Positions 29,649 to 39,265 of a stretch of DNA of 64,000 nt are shown piece by piece. The stretch is taken from NCBI GenBank assembly GCA_038562555.1, contig JBCFBK010000003.1, positions 104,343 to 168,342 of the forward strand. The letters are read 5' to 3'. Source of the stretch: Prolixibacteraceae bacterium. Lineage in GTDB: Bacteria; Bacteroidota; Bacteroidia; Bacteroidales; Prolixibacteraceae. Both the position numbers and the translations under genes were made by a program. Positions within the stretch are counted from its first letter, which is position 1. Each line of letters opens with the position of its first letter. The notes beneath the pieces were generated by a model. The model made no database searches, was not told the DNA's origin, and saw only the letters and a list, made by a program, of their open reading frames with translations.

Positions 29649-29720
29649 GTTTACAGTCGCAGTTTACAGTCGCAGTTGATAACAGTTCTTTACTGCATAC
29701 TGAGACTGACCACTGAGACT
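29649..29720. repeat. Short tandem direct repeats between the convergent DMT and DUF1080 genes.
   Basis: GTTTACAGTCGCA x2, perfect, at 29649-29674. ACTGAGACT x2 at 29699-29720. Confidence 0.6.
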
Positions 29721-29751
29721 TCCCGATTTTCAGCTACCGTTCTCCGTTTTC

Positions 29752-30552
29752 CTAATAGCATTCCTCTCCCAGATTCAGCAATTCCACTTTCCGGAAATCG
29801 ACCGGATGGCTTTCTGCCTGAAGCGAAATTGTCCCGCTTTTCAGCAGTTTGTTGCCGTCGGCCGGCAGCAGCTTGTTATAGGTGGGATCGCGTTCATCCA
29901 GTTGCGGCTGATTGTATTGCAGGACCACCTGTCCGTCGATGATGTGTTTAATGATGGAGTCGCCGCAAACTTCAATTTCAGCCGTTACCCACTGGTCGCC
30001 GTGATAGGTCTTAGAAGTTGAATTGGTGCAATGGTCGGTGATCAGTTCACCGTTCATCACCACATTCGTTCCCGGGGTACACAGGTTCAGCGTTGTGCGT
30101 TCGTCGGTGCCGTTTCCGCCTAAAAACTGAACTTCAATCGAAGTCGGGAATTGCTGGTCCTTTTCCATGCTTTCGGGTGTCTGCCCGTGAAGCATAACGC
30201 CGCTGTTCCGTAACGCCCATCCTTCGCCCCCCGGAACCTGTTCTCCTGTAAAACGGTATTCAATCCGTAATTTATAATGAGAATAAGGATGCTTGTAAAA
30301 CAGATGTCCGAATTCACCATTAAAATGGTCATATTCATCATATTTTACCCGTAACATCCCGTCTTCAACGCGAAAGGTGTTTTTGTAATTAACACCGGCT
30401 TCTGATCCGGTTATTTTTATGGTCCAGTCGTTCAGGTCTTTGCCGTTAAAAAGTTGTATCCAACCGTTTTCCTTTTTTGATGAGCAGGATAAAAGTACAG
30501 TCGCCAGGATCAGCGGAAGAAACAAAAATGCGGGCCGGTTTTCACGTTTCAT
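29752..30552 (-). CDS. DUF1080-domain protein (3-keto-disaccharide hydrolase-like, concanavalin-fold), lipoprotein.
   Basis: It is 266 aa with a signal and Cys (LLSCSSKKENGW). The start WIQLFNGKDLNDW...FRVEDGML is typical of DUF1080. Confidence 0.75.
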   Translation of the reverse strand: MKRENRPAFLFLPLILATVLLSCSSKKENGWIQLFNGKDLNDWTIKITGSEAGVNYKNTFRVEDGMLRVKYDEYDHFNGEFGHLFYKHPYSHYKLRIEYRFTGEQVPGGEGWALRNSGVMLHGQTPESMEKDQQFPTSIEVQFLGGNGTDERTTLNLCTPGTNVVMNGELITDHCTNSTSKTYHGDQWVTAEIEVCGDSIIKHIIDGQVVLQYNQPQLDERDPTYNKLLPADGNKLLKSGTISLQAESHPVDFRKVELLNLGEECY

Positions 30553-30650
30553 GATGATTTGAATTGAGTGCAGATGAAGATAGGAAATATTTTGCTGTCT
30601 TTGAAATGATCCGGATTTTTTTTAGTTTTAACAAACTATTTCAATAAACC

Positions 30651-31244
30651 ATGATCAACGCTATTCTTCCCGTGTGGCAGGACCTCAGTTTGCTTGAGCA
30701 AATCTACTGGATGGTCGCCGTTCCTTCTACGTTAATTTTTCTGGTATTGCTCGTGATGACGATTTTTGGCGCCGATGTTGGTGCTGACGTTGAAACCGGC
30801 TTTGATACCTCTTTGGCTGACGGTGACAGTATTTCCTTTCAGTTTTTATCGCTGAAAAACATCGTTGCATTTTTTACCATGTTTGGCTGGTCGGGACTTG
30901 GTTTCTACCATGCCGGATTATCGGTTTGGATGGTGATCCTGCTTTCTTCTCTCTGCGGCTTCCTGATGATGGTGGCCATGGCTGCTTTATTTTATTTTAT
31001 GTCAAAACTTGCCGAAACCGGTACCTTAAAAATGCAGAATGCCGTGGGTAAAGCCGGTGAAGTCTATCTGACCATTCCTGCCGGCCGTAAAGGGATGGGA
31101 AAAGTACAACTGATTGTTCAGGAATCGCTTCAGACACTTGATGCGGTCACCGACGATCCGGAACCCATTTCAACATCATCGCTGATCGAAGTAATTGATC
31201 TGGTTGGCGACCAGATCCTGCTGGTCCGGAAAGCCCGCCACTGA
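30651..31244 (+). CDS. Short NfeD-like membrane protein (YuaF-like), partner of the flotillin.
   Basis: It is 197 aa with three transmembrane segments and a C-terminal OB-like domain (GKAGEVYLTIPAGRKGMGKVQLIV). It lies immediately upstream of the flotillin gene. Confidence 0.7.
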   Translation: MINAILPVWQDLSLLEQIYWMVAVPSTLIFLVLLVMTIFGADVGADVETGFDTSLADGDSISFQFLSLKNIVAFFTMFGWSGLGFYHAGLSVWMVILLSSLCGFLMMVAMAALFYFMSKLAETGTLKMQNAVGKAGEVYLTIPAGRKGMGKVQLIVQESLQTLDAVTDDPEPISTSSLIEVIDLVGDQILLVRKARH

Positions 31245-31289
31245 AAAGATCGTTTCCGAAAAACCAATAAAACCAAAAATCAATAAACA

Positions 31290-32711
31290 ATGGAAAACTA
31301 TTTCGTATTGATGGTCAGCATTGCTGTCCTCTTTTTGTTCATTATCATTGTGGCGATGACCAAGCGCTACAAACGTTGTCCCTCCGACCGCATCCTCGTG
31401 GTGTACGGTAAAGTAGGGAAGGGGATCAACAGTGAATCGCGGTCGGCAAAATGTATTCACGGAGGGGCGGCGTTTATCTGGCCAATCATCCACGCATATG
31501 AGTTTCTTGACCTGACGCCGATCTCCATCGAAATCAACCTGAGGAGCGCGTTGAGCAAACAAAATATCCGCGTTGATGTGCCTTCGCGGTTCACCGTCGG
31601 AATTTCGACAGAACCAAGCATTATGACCAATGCCGCCGAGCGTTTACTGGGACTTTCGCAGGACGCCATCAGCAATCTGGCCAAGGATATTATTTTCGGT
31701 CAGCTGCGTTTGGTGGTCGCCACCATGGAAATAGAGGAAATTAACAGCAACCGCGACAAATTTCTGGCCGCAGTATCTTCCAATGTGGAAGCCGAACTGA
31801 AAAAGATCGGATTGAAGCTCATTAACGTGAATGTGACTGATATTAACGACGAATCGGGATATATTGAAGCGCTGGGTAAAGAGGCAGCAGCAAAGGCAAT
31901 TAACGACGCCAAGAAAAGTGTTGCTGAAAAGAACCGTGACGGTGAGATCGGACAGGCCGACGCTCATCAGGAACAGCGGGTGCAGGTCGCATCGGCCGAT
32001 GCAACTGCCGTTGAAGGTGAAAATATTGCCAAAGTAACGATTGCCAACTCCGATGCTGACCGGCGTGAACGGGAAGCTGAAGCCATGAGGCGCGCGGTTG
32101 CTGCGGAGAAGGTTAAGCAGGCAAAGGCTCTGGAAGAAGCCTATATGGCTGAAAAAGAAGCGGAACTGGTCCGTGCCAGCCGGGATAAGGCCACGCAGAC
32201 GGCAAACGTGGTTGTGCCGGCTGAAATTGACAAACAAAAAGTTGAAATCGATGCAGAGGCGATGGCCGAACAAATCCGCCGGCGAGCACGAGGTGAGGCC
32301 GACGCTATTTATATGAAAATGGAAGCTCAGGCAAAGGGTATTTTTGAAATTCTGAGCAAACAGGCGGAAGGCTTCGATATGATGGTGAAGGCTGCCGGGA
32401 ATAATTCAAAAGATGCGGTCATGATGATGATCGCAGACAAGCTTCCTGATCTGGTGAAAACGCAGGTTGAGGCCATCAAGAATATTAAAATTGATAAAAT
32501 TACCGTCTGGGAAACCGGCAACAGCAAGGACGGGAAAACATCGACTGCCAATTTCATGCAAGGCATGCTGGGCGCCATTCCTCCTTTGAATGATGTCTTC
32601 AAATCGGCCGGACTGGAACTGCCCGACTATTTAAAGGGAAAGCCGGTAATCCCGGAAAGCCCGATAGATCCGGATCTGCAAAATCCAATCTCACACAACG
32701 GGAACTCATAA
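31290..32711 (+). CDS. Flotillin-like SPFH/band-7 protein (FloT/YuaG-like).
   Basis: It is 473 aa with an N-terminal transmembrane segment, an SPFH domain and a long Ala/Glu-rich coiled-coil flotillin region (EAEAMRRAVAAEKVKQAKALEEAYMAEKEAEL). Confidence 0.85.
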   Translation: MENYFVLMVSIAVLFLFIIIVAMTKRYKRCPSDRILVVYGKVGKGINSESRSAKCIHGGAAFIWPIIHAYEFLDLTPISIEINLRSALSKQNIRVDVPSRFTVGISTEPSIMTNAAERLLGLSQDAISNLAKDIIFGQLRLVVATMEIEEINSNRDKFLAAVSSNVEAELKKIGLKLINVNVTDINDESGYIEALGKEAAAKAINDAKKSVAEKNRDGEIGQADAHQEQRVQVASADATAVEGENIAKVTIANSDADRREREAEAMRRAVAAEKVKQAKALEEAYMAEKEAELVRASRDKATQTANVVVPAEIDKQKVEIDAEAMAEQIRRRARGEADAIYMKMEAQAKGIFEILSKQAEGFDMMVKAAGNNSKDAVMMMIADKLPDLVKTQVEAIKNIKIDKITVWETGNSKDGKTSTANFMQGMLGAIPPLNDVFKSAGLELPDYLKGKPVIPESPIDPDLQNPISHNGNS

Positions 32712-32716
32712 TACAC

Positions 32717-32750
32717 CAGCCCCGGAATTTTTCACGGGGCTGATTTTTTG
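32717..32750 (+). terminator. Rho-independent terminator after the flotillin gene.
   Basis: The sequence is CAGCCCCGGaatttttcaCGGGGCTGattttttg: an 8-9 bp GC stem followed by a T6 run. Confidence 0.7.
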
Positions 32751-32850
32751 ATCTGAATTAACCATTTGGTTAAAGTTTTTGGTCAAAAAGTTTGTATTTA
32801 AATTTTCTATGTTTATTTTTGACCAGATGTTTTAACTAAACGGTTAAAAA

Positions 32851-33465
32851 ATGAGTAATCAAAAAGATAATACAGAAGAGAAAATCGTGGAGGCAGCAAA
32901 GACGGTCTTTATCAAGAAAGGAATGGACGGCGCCCGGATGCAGGAAATTGCTGATGAGGCCGGTATCAATAAGGCGTTGCTTCACTATTACTTCAGAAGC
33001 AAGGAGAAATTGTTCGATGCCATATTTGAACGGATCATCCGGATGGCATTCCCCAAAATCACCCAGATCATTTTTTCAGATATCCATTTCCGGTTGAAAG
33101 TGGAACGGGCAATTGACACGTATCTCGATCTGCTGTTGAAACATCCCTATCTTCCCGCTTTTATTCTGAAAGAAATTAACAGGGATGCTTCCCTCTTTAT
33201 TAACCTGGTCAAAAAGTTTGGATTTGATCCGCAACCCGTTCTGAGAGTTATTTCAGATGCTATGGACCGGGGCGAGATTGTCCGGATGAAACCGGAGCAT
33301 CTGATGATTAATGTGATCTCGCTTTCTGTTTTTCCCTTCGCTGCCCGTCCGATGATTAGTTATGTTGCCTTTGGCGGTGACGAGAAAGCCATGAAGGCCT
33401 TTCTTGAGGAGCGCCGACAGGTCGTGAAGGAGTTTGTGATCAGGGCCATTGTTGTTAGCCCTTAG
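32851..33465 (+). CDS. TetR/AcrR-family transcriptional regulator.
   Basis: It is 204 aa. The N-terminal HTH reads EKIVEAAKTVFIKKGMDGARMQEIADEAGINKALLHYYFRSKEKLF. Confidence 0.85.
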   Translation: MSNQKDNTEEKIVEAAKTVFIKKGMDGARMQEIADEAGINKALLHYYFRSKEKLFDAIFERIIRMAFPKITQIIFSDIHFRLKVERAIDTYLDLLLKHPYLPAFILKEINRDASLFINLVKKFGFDPQPVLRVISDAMDRGEIVRMKPEHLMINVISLSVFPFAARPMISYVAFGGDEKAMKAFLEERRQVVKEFVIRAIVVSP

Positions 33466-33498
33466 CTCTGGTTTCTTTCTTTTACTAACAGCTTTTTT

Positions 33499-34788
33499 TT
33501 GATACAAAATACTCAAATGCTTGACAGGATGAAGAATTTATTTTTAGCGATGTTGCTAATGCTTCCGGGAACATTTGCAAGTGCTCAGGAACCAGTCACG
33601 CTGGATAGCTGTCGGAGCTGGGCGCGGGAAGCACACCCGTTTTTAAAGCAGAAAGAACTCTATGGAACCATAAACAGGCTTAAGCTGGAGAACAATCGGG
33701 TTGCCAATTTACCCCGGCTGATCCTGAACGCCCAGGCTACCTATCAGTCGGACGTCACAAAAGTGAATATTCAAATGCCCGGCGTTGACATTCCCGAACA
33801 GGCAAAGGACCAGTATAAAGCTTATCTCGACGCCCGTCAGAATATCTGGGACGGCGGACTGGTCAGAGCCGGAGAGATTCTTGAAGAAGCGAAAAACCAG
33901 GCAAACCAGCAGGGAGTGGAAGTTGAGCTGTATAAAGTTCAGGAACAGGTGAATGACTTATTTTTCAACAGCTTCATTTTACAGGAGAATCTTAATATTC
34001 TGGAAAGAAAGCAGGAAACACTGGAGTCGCGGAAAACCCGCATGGAGTCCGGAGTAAGAAACGGAATGATTCTTCAATCGGATCTCGACTTAATACTTGC
34101 CGAGTTGATTAAGATCAGGCAGCAGCAGATTGAACTGGCTTCAAACCGCGAGACGACCCTGGCTGCTCTGGCTATTTTAACGGGGAAAGAGATTGCTGAC
34201 CTGCAAAATCTGGCGATCAATACCACCGCTGTGGATTTTCATGCAGAACTGCAACGTCCGGAATTGGATTATTTTCAATTGCAGAACCAATCGCTGGCTG
34301 CCTCGTCCGATCTTATTAAAAGAACACGTAACCCGCAGGTCTTCGGATTCGGGCAGGCAGGTTACGGGCGTCCGGGATTGAACATGCTTGACACGGAATT
34401 TAATCCCTATTACCTGGTGGGAATAGGGTTAAATTGGAAAATTTTTGACTGGAAAGCCAATCAGCGGGAACAGGAAGTGGTACGTCTTCAGCAGCAAATG
34501 GTGCAGACGCAGCAGCAGCAATTTGAGCGGAATATTCAGATTGCACTGGATCGTGAAAGCAAAAGGATTCAACAGTTAAGCAAAATACTTGAAAGTGACC
34601 GGGAACTCATTGTCCTGCAGGAACAGATCACAAAAAGTTCGGCCTCAAAGCATGAAAACGGAACAATCACAACATCAGATTACATTCAGGATTTGAATGC
34701 AGAAATGGCCGCCCGGATCACTTTCGAAACCCATAAGGTTCAGTTGGAAGCAGCTAAAATTAATTATCAGAATATTCAGGGTAAATAA
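33499..34788 (+). CDS. TolC-family outer membrane efflux protein.
   Basis: It is 429 aa with a signal peptide and two repeated coiled-coil/beta-barrel halves. It sits in a TetR-OMF-MFP operon layout. Confidence 0.8.
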   Translation: MIQNTQMLDRMKNLFLAMLLMLPGTFASAQEPVTLDSCRSWAREAHPFLKQKELYGTINRLKLENNRVANLPRLILNAQATYQSDVTKVNIQMPGVDIPEQAKDQYKAYLDARQNIWDGGLVRAGEILEEAKNQANQQGVEVELYKVQEQVNDLFFNSFILQENLNILERKQETLESRKTRMESGVRNGMILQSDLDLILAELIKIRQQQIELASNRETTLAALAILTGKEIADLQNLAINTTAVDFHAELQRPELDYFQLQNQSLAASSDLIKRTRNPQVFGFGQAGYGRPGLNMLDTEFNPYYLVGIGLNWKIFDWKANQREQEVVRLQQQMVQTQQQQFERNIQIALDRESKRIQQLSKILESDRELIVLQEQITKSSASKHENGTITTSDYIQDLNAEMAARITFETHKVQLEAAKINYQNIQGK

Positions 34789-34800
34789 AAAACAAATCGC

Positions 34801-35493
34801 ATGGATACCAAATACGTTTTTGCACTGGCATTGGCAATTCTTTTTTCGTGCAGGGGAAACGACGAGCAGTCGGATGCCTTCGGAAATTTCGAAACGGACG
34901 AAACCATTGTTTCGTCGGAAATAGCGGGAAAACTGGTCCGTCTTCCGCCGGAACCGGGAGACCAGGTGCTTGCCGGAGACCTTCTGGCAGTGGTGGATAC
35001 AAGTCAGTTTTGCCTGCAGATAAAGCAAATGGAGGCTCAAAAGTACGCAGTTGAAGCAAAACGGGTTAGTATCAGGTCGCAGGGGGAAGTGATAAAGGAG
35101 CAGATTGCGAACCTGAAAATCAACCAAAACCGGGTAACGCGAATGTTTGCAGATCAGGCTGCCACGCAGCAACAACTGGACGACGTGAACGGCCAGATGC
35201 GGGTACTGGAAAGACAGTTTGAAAGCACGAATACACAATATATTTCGGTCGACCGTGAGTTGGACGTGATCGATGCCCAGCTGGATCTGGCAAAGGATAA
35301 TTTGCAAAAATGTTTTATAAGAAGCGTCATGCAGGGAGTGGTGCTTGAAAAATATGTGGAACCGGGCGAGGTTGTTTCGCCGGCTAAGGCCATTGTCAAA
35401 CTGGGCGATTTATCGGAGCTGGACCTTCGGGTCTATGTGAGCGGAGCCCAGCTTCCCGGAATTAAACTGGGTCAGGAAGTGGAATTGTCTTGA
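34801..35493 (+). pseudogene. HlyD-family membrane fusion protein, C-terminally truncated (230 aa; intact family members are ~330-420 aa).
   Basis: The N-terminal lipoyl and coiled-coil part is intact (IVSSEIAGKLVRLPPEPGDQVLAGDLLAVVDTSQ...). The ORF stops at the start of the beta-barrel domain (GIKLGQEVELS*). No inner-membrane pump gene follows; a terminator and a convergent MFS gene follow instead. Confidence 0.55.
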
Positions 35494-35516
35494 TACTTGA
35501 GACTATATACTAACAA

Positions 35517-35554
35517 GCGAGGCTTCCCGAATCCGGGAAGCCTCGCTCTTCTAT
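35517..35554. terminator. Strong hairpin terminator between the truncated hlyD gene and the convergent MFS gene.
   Basis: GCGAGGCTTCCCGaatCCGGGAAGCCTCGC is a perfect 13-bp stem, followed by tcttctat. Confidence 0.7.
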
Positions 35555-35569
35555 CGGAATCCTGATTGA

Positions 35570-36874
35570 TTAAACCACAACTTCAACAGGAATATTTTTG
35601 TTCACATTCTTACTGCCGATCAAAGCATAGAACAACATGTAAGCCAGTGCGGCAAAGATCACCCAGTAACTGGCAATATAAGACGTGTTGTCAGCGACAG
35701 CACCCTGAATAAGCGGTAAAATTCCGCCACCGCATACCATGACCATGAAAATACCTGAAGCAGCTTCCGTATATTTTCCAAGTCCTTCCACAGCAAGATT
35801 AAAAATACCTCCCCACATGACCGATGTGCATAATCCGCAGAAGATTAAAAACATTATCCCAACCGGAACCTCTGCAAATCCGAATGAAATATCGGACCGG
35901 AAGACAGGCATACTCACCTGGGTGGAAACCGGCAGTGTAATGGCCAGTAAAACAAATACCAGTCCGAGCAGAGAGACCGAAGTGAGCATGGCTTTGCTGG
36001 AGAACCGTGCTGCAAGAGACGCCCCGAAAATACGGCCGACCATCATCAGGAACCAATATGTGCCGACAACTGAACCTGCAATTGTCGGATCAATGGCCAG
36101 ACCGCCTCCTCCTGCTTCTGTGGTCATAAACAGATTAGCAAAATGGGGGATCCCGATCTCAATTCCAACGTACATAAAAATCGCAATCGCCCCGAAAACG
36201 AAGTGACGGAAAGAAAGTGGGCTGTGTTCATATTTGATTTTGACCTTCCCGACCAGACGTGGTTCCGGAATATTCATGATGTAAAGGACGATAAAGACCA
36301 CCGCAAAAATACCCATGGCTAAAAAGAGCGCCGGATTTGCCTTTTCAATCGTGCGTTCTGCCGCATTTGCACCCATCAGATAGCCGACCAGTACGGGGAC
36401 AATGGTTGCAGCAACCGAGTTTAATGACCCGCCCGTCTGGATAAGCTGGTTTCCTTTTTTACCACCGCCGCCTAATGTGTTCAGCATGGGATTTACTACG
36501 GTATTCAGCATACACATGGAAAAACCTGAAATAAAGGCGCCGGCCAGGTAAACATTAAAACTGCCAACCACCCCGGAGAGGTACTGTACGCCAACACCAG
36601 AGAATCCGACAATTACCGCAAGCAGGGCTGTCTTTTTATAACCGACACGCTCGAGCAGGATCCCGGCAGGAATACCCATAAAGGCATAGGCTATGAAATT
36701 GGCAAAAAATCCAAGGGTCGACATGAAATCGGTTGCCCCAAACTGATTTTTCACGATAACCCCGAAAGGAGCCGGAAGTCCGGTGACGAAAGCAATCATG
36801 AAGAAGAGGGCAAACATCATTGCGATGGGCAATGCATAACTTTTGTTTTTGTTCATACTTTTTAAATTTAGCAC
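35570..36874 (-). CDS. MFS sugar:H+ symporter of the FucP/GluP (fucose/glucose/galactose) family, probably an amino-sugar or hexose importer.
   Basis: It is 434 aa with 12 transmembrane segments. The FucP-family N terminus is KSYALPIAMMFALFFMIAFVTGLPAPFGVIVKNQFGATDFMSTLGFFANFIAYAFMGIPAG. The likely start is 36856 (MNKNKSY). Confidence 0.8.
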   Translation of the reverse strand: MLNLKSMNKNKSYALPIAMMFALFFMIAFVTGLPAPFGVIVKNQFGATDFMSTLGFFANFIAYAFMGIPAGILLERVGYKKTALLAVIVGFSGVGVQYLSGVVGSFNVYLAGAFISGFSMCMLNTVVNPMLNTLGGGGKKGNQLIQTGGSLNSVAATIVPVLVGYLMGANAAERTIEKANPALFLAMGIFAVVFIVLYIMNIPEPRLVGKVKIKYEHSPLSFRHFVFGAIAIFMYVGIEIGIPHFANLFMTTEAGGGGLAIDPTIAGSVVGTYWFLMMVGRIFGASLAARFSSKAMLTSVSLLGLVFVLLAITLPVSTQVSMPVFRSDISFGFAEVPVGIMFLIFCGLCTSVMWGGIFNLAVEGLGKYTEAASGIFMVMVCGGGILPLIQGAVADNTSYIASYWVIFAALAYMLFYALIGSKNVNKNIPVEVVV

Positions 36875-37197
36875 TTAAGAATTAATTCGTATCATATTGG
36901 TTTATAAAGACAATGCTGTTTACAGCCGGTTCCCGGATAACTTCCATGTTCGCTTTTGGGACGACCCCTTCCAGTCTAAGCCGGCATGTAACCGTTGTCC
37001 AATACTGCCTGCGCTTCTTTTCAGGCCCGAATATAATTATTCTTTTGGATTCAAACGACATGTTAAAGGTGCGTATTTCCCGCGAACGCTGTGCAAGTTA
37101 GAAAAAAAATAAAAGTGCGGTATTTTTTTAAATATTAAATTTGTGTGTGCGGGCACATTTTTTGGATAAAAAGCTCTTTTATTGGAAAAATAAATTC

Positions 37198-37205
37198 TAG
37201 TTTTG
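37198..37205 (+). promoter_or_regulatory. Candidate Bacteroidetes sigma-ABfr -7 element (TAnnTTTG) for the nagB-like/GH20 operon.
   Basis: TAGTTTTG lies 55 nt upstream of the ATG at 37260. There is no clean TTTG -33 element, only a T-rich stretch. Confidence 0.3.
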
Positions 37206-37259
37206 AAAAAAACTTTGTAACTATTCATCTCCCCGGGCGGGGTCAAAAGCTTGTAAGAT

Positions 37260-39206
37260 ATGGTAAGGACGATAAATTACATGGAAAAGGCGGTAGAGAA
37301 ATTACCGGTGCAGGTAGTGGAAGATCAGCAGGAGGGTGCAAAAATGATCGCCGGTATTATCGCGAATGTTATCAGGGAAAAGCAGCACAAGAAGGAGATG
37401 GCGGTTTTGGGACTGGCTACCGGTTCCACTCCGCTGAAAATTTACCGGGAACTGGTTCGTTTACATGTAGAAGAAGGATTAAGTTTTAAGAATGTCGTCA
37501 CCTTCAACCTGGACGAGTATTACCCGATGGAGCCGGGCAATGACAAAAGCTATCACTATTTTATGCAAAAACATCTGTTCAGTCAGATTGACATAGACCC
37601 GGCAAATGTTCATATCCCGGACGGCACTGTGAGTATGGAACAATTGAGTCTTTTTTGTGCTTCCTACGATGCAGCGATAGGCGCCTGCGGCGGGATCGAT
37701 ATTCAGTTGCTGGGAATTGGCCGTTCCGGGCATATCGGCTTTAACGAACCGGGTTCCGCAGTCAATTCAACAACCAGGATTGTGAAGTTGGATTCGATCA
37801 CCATTGCTGATGCTGTTAAGGATTTCGGAAGTGAGGAAGCGGTTCCGCACCGGGCGGTCACGATGGGAATTGATAATATCCTGAAAGCCCGCAAGATCGT
37901 TTTGGCCGCCTGGGGTAAGGGAAAATCGGGTATTCTCAAAAAAATGATTGAGGGGCCGGTGACTTCTGATGTGCCCGCATCGTTTCTGCAGTTGCATCCT
38001 GACGTGTCGGTTTATCTGGATGAAGCGGCAGTGACGGAATTTACACGTACAAAAGCGCCCTGGCTGGCCGGTGTATGCGAATGGACGCCAAAAATGACCA
38101 AGCGGGCGGTCATCTGGCTAAGCCAGAAGCTGAATAAGCCCATTCTGAAACTAACCGATGATGACTATAAGTTCGCGGGACTGCGGGACCTGCTGGCCCG
38201 TTACGGTGGTGCATACGATTTGAATATCCGGGTTTTCGGCCAGATCAGGGATACGATTACCGGATGGCCGGGGGGAAAGCCAGGCTCGGCTGATAAAAAT
38301 CGACCGGAACGTCCTGAACCCGCCGTGAAACGGTCGTTGATCTTCAGTCCGCACCCTGATGACGACGTTATTTCCATGGGCGGCACGTTGCTCCGGCTGG
38401 CCGATCAGGGGCATGACGTGCACGTGGCTTACCAGACATCCGGGAATATAGCTGTTTTTGATGACGATGCCATTCGTTTTTCGCAGTTTGCGGTTGATTT
38501 GCTCAGGGACAGAAATATTCCCGGTGATGAATTGTACCAGTCGAACCAGGAGCTGATTGATTTTCTTAAGCGGAAAAAACCAGGGGAGGTCGATATCCCT
38601 TATGTTAAAACAGTCAAGGGACTCATCCGTGTGGGAGAAGCTTCCGCTGCCTGCCGGTTTTGCGGTATTAAGGATGAAAACGTTCATTTTCTGAACCTTC
38701 CTTTTTACGAAACGGGAGCGGTAGAGAAAGCACCGGCGTCGGACAAGGATGTCAGCCTTGTTGCCGATCTTTTGAGAAAAGTGAAGCCACACCAGATTTT
38801 TGCCGCCGGCGACCTTCAGGATCCGCACGGTACACACGAAGTTTGCCTTCAGATCATTTTCAGGGCGATCAGGCTGATCCGTGCTGCAGGCGATGAATGG
38901 CTGAATGATTGCTATTTGTGGCTGTACCGTGGTGCATGGCAGGAATGGGATGTGGAAGATATTGAAATGGCCGTACCGATCAGTCCTTCGGAACTGCTCA
39001 GGAAGCGGAAAGCCATTTTCAAACACCAGTCACAAAAGGATTTTCCTGTTTTCCCTGGAGAGGATAAACGCGAGTTCTGGCAGCGCGCTGAGGAACGGAA
39101 CCGTACCACAGCGAAAATATATGATCAGCTTGGCCTGACCGAATATGAGGCTATTGAGGCTTTTGTCCGCTACCCCTTCGATGATGAAGCTTCTTTTTTA
39201 AAGTAA
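37260..39206 (+). CDS. nagB: Glucosamine-6-phosphate deaminase (NagB-like) fused to a LmbE/PIG-L-type N-acetylglucosaminyl deacetylase domain.
   Basis: It is 648 aa. The N-terminal NagB fold reads LGLATGSTPLKIYRELV...GIGRSGHIGFNEPGS. The C-terminal LmbE motif reads LIFSPHPDDDVISMGGTLLRLADQGHDVHVAY. Confidence 0.85.
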   Translation: MVRTINYMEKAVEKLPVQVVEDQQEGAKMIAGIIANVIREKQHKKEMAVLGLATGSTPLKIYRELVRLHVEEGLSFKNVVTFNLDEYYPMEPGNDKSYHYFMQKHLFSQIDIDPANVHIPDGTVSMEQLSLFCASYDAAIGACGGIDIQLLGIGRSGHIGFNEPGSAVNSTTRIVKLDSITIADAVKDFGSEEAVPHRAVTMGIDNILKARKIVLAAWGKGKSGILKKMIEGPVTSDVPASFLQLHPDVSVYLDEAAVTEFTRTKAPWLAGVCEWTPKMTKRAVIWLSQKLNKPILKLTDDDYKFAGLRDLLARYGGAYDLNIRVFGQIRDTITGWPGGKPGSADKNRPERPEPAVKRSLIFSPHPDDDVISMGGTLLRLADQGHDVHVAYQTSGNIAVFDDDAIRFSQFAVDLLRDRNIPGDELYQSNQELIDFLKRKKPGEVDIPYVKTVKGLIRVGEASAACRFCGIKDENVHFLNLPFYETGAVEKAPASDKDVSLVADLLRKVKPHQIFAAGDLQDPHGTHEVCLQIIFRAIRLIRAAGDEWLNDCYLWLYRGAWQEWDVEDIEMAVPISPSELLRKRKAIFKHQSQKDFPVFPGEDKREFWQRAEERNRTTAKIYDQLGLTEYEAIEAFVRYPFDDEASFLK

Positions 39207-39265
39207 TGTTGTAACTTTATGGTTTAAAGCATCCGATTACTTCTTTAACCCATAATTAGAAAAAC

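Noticed and set aside
30651-32711. NfeD-short plus flotillin as a candidate phage-defence or novel system.
   Set aside because: It is a well-known YuaF/YuaG-type membrane-microdomain pair. Nothing in the sequence suggests additional effector domains.
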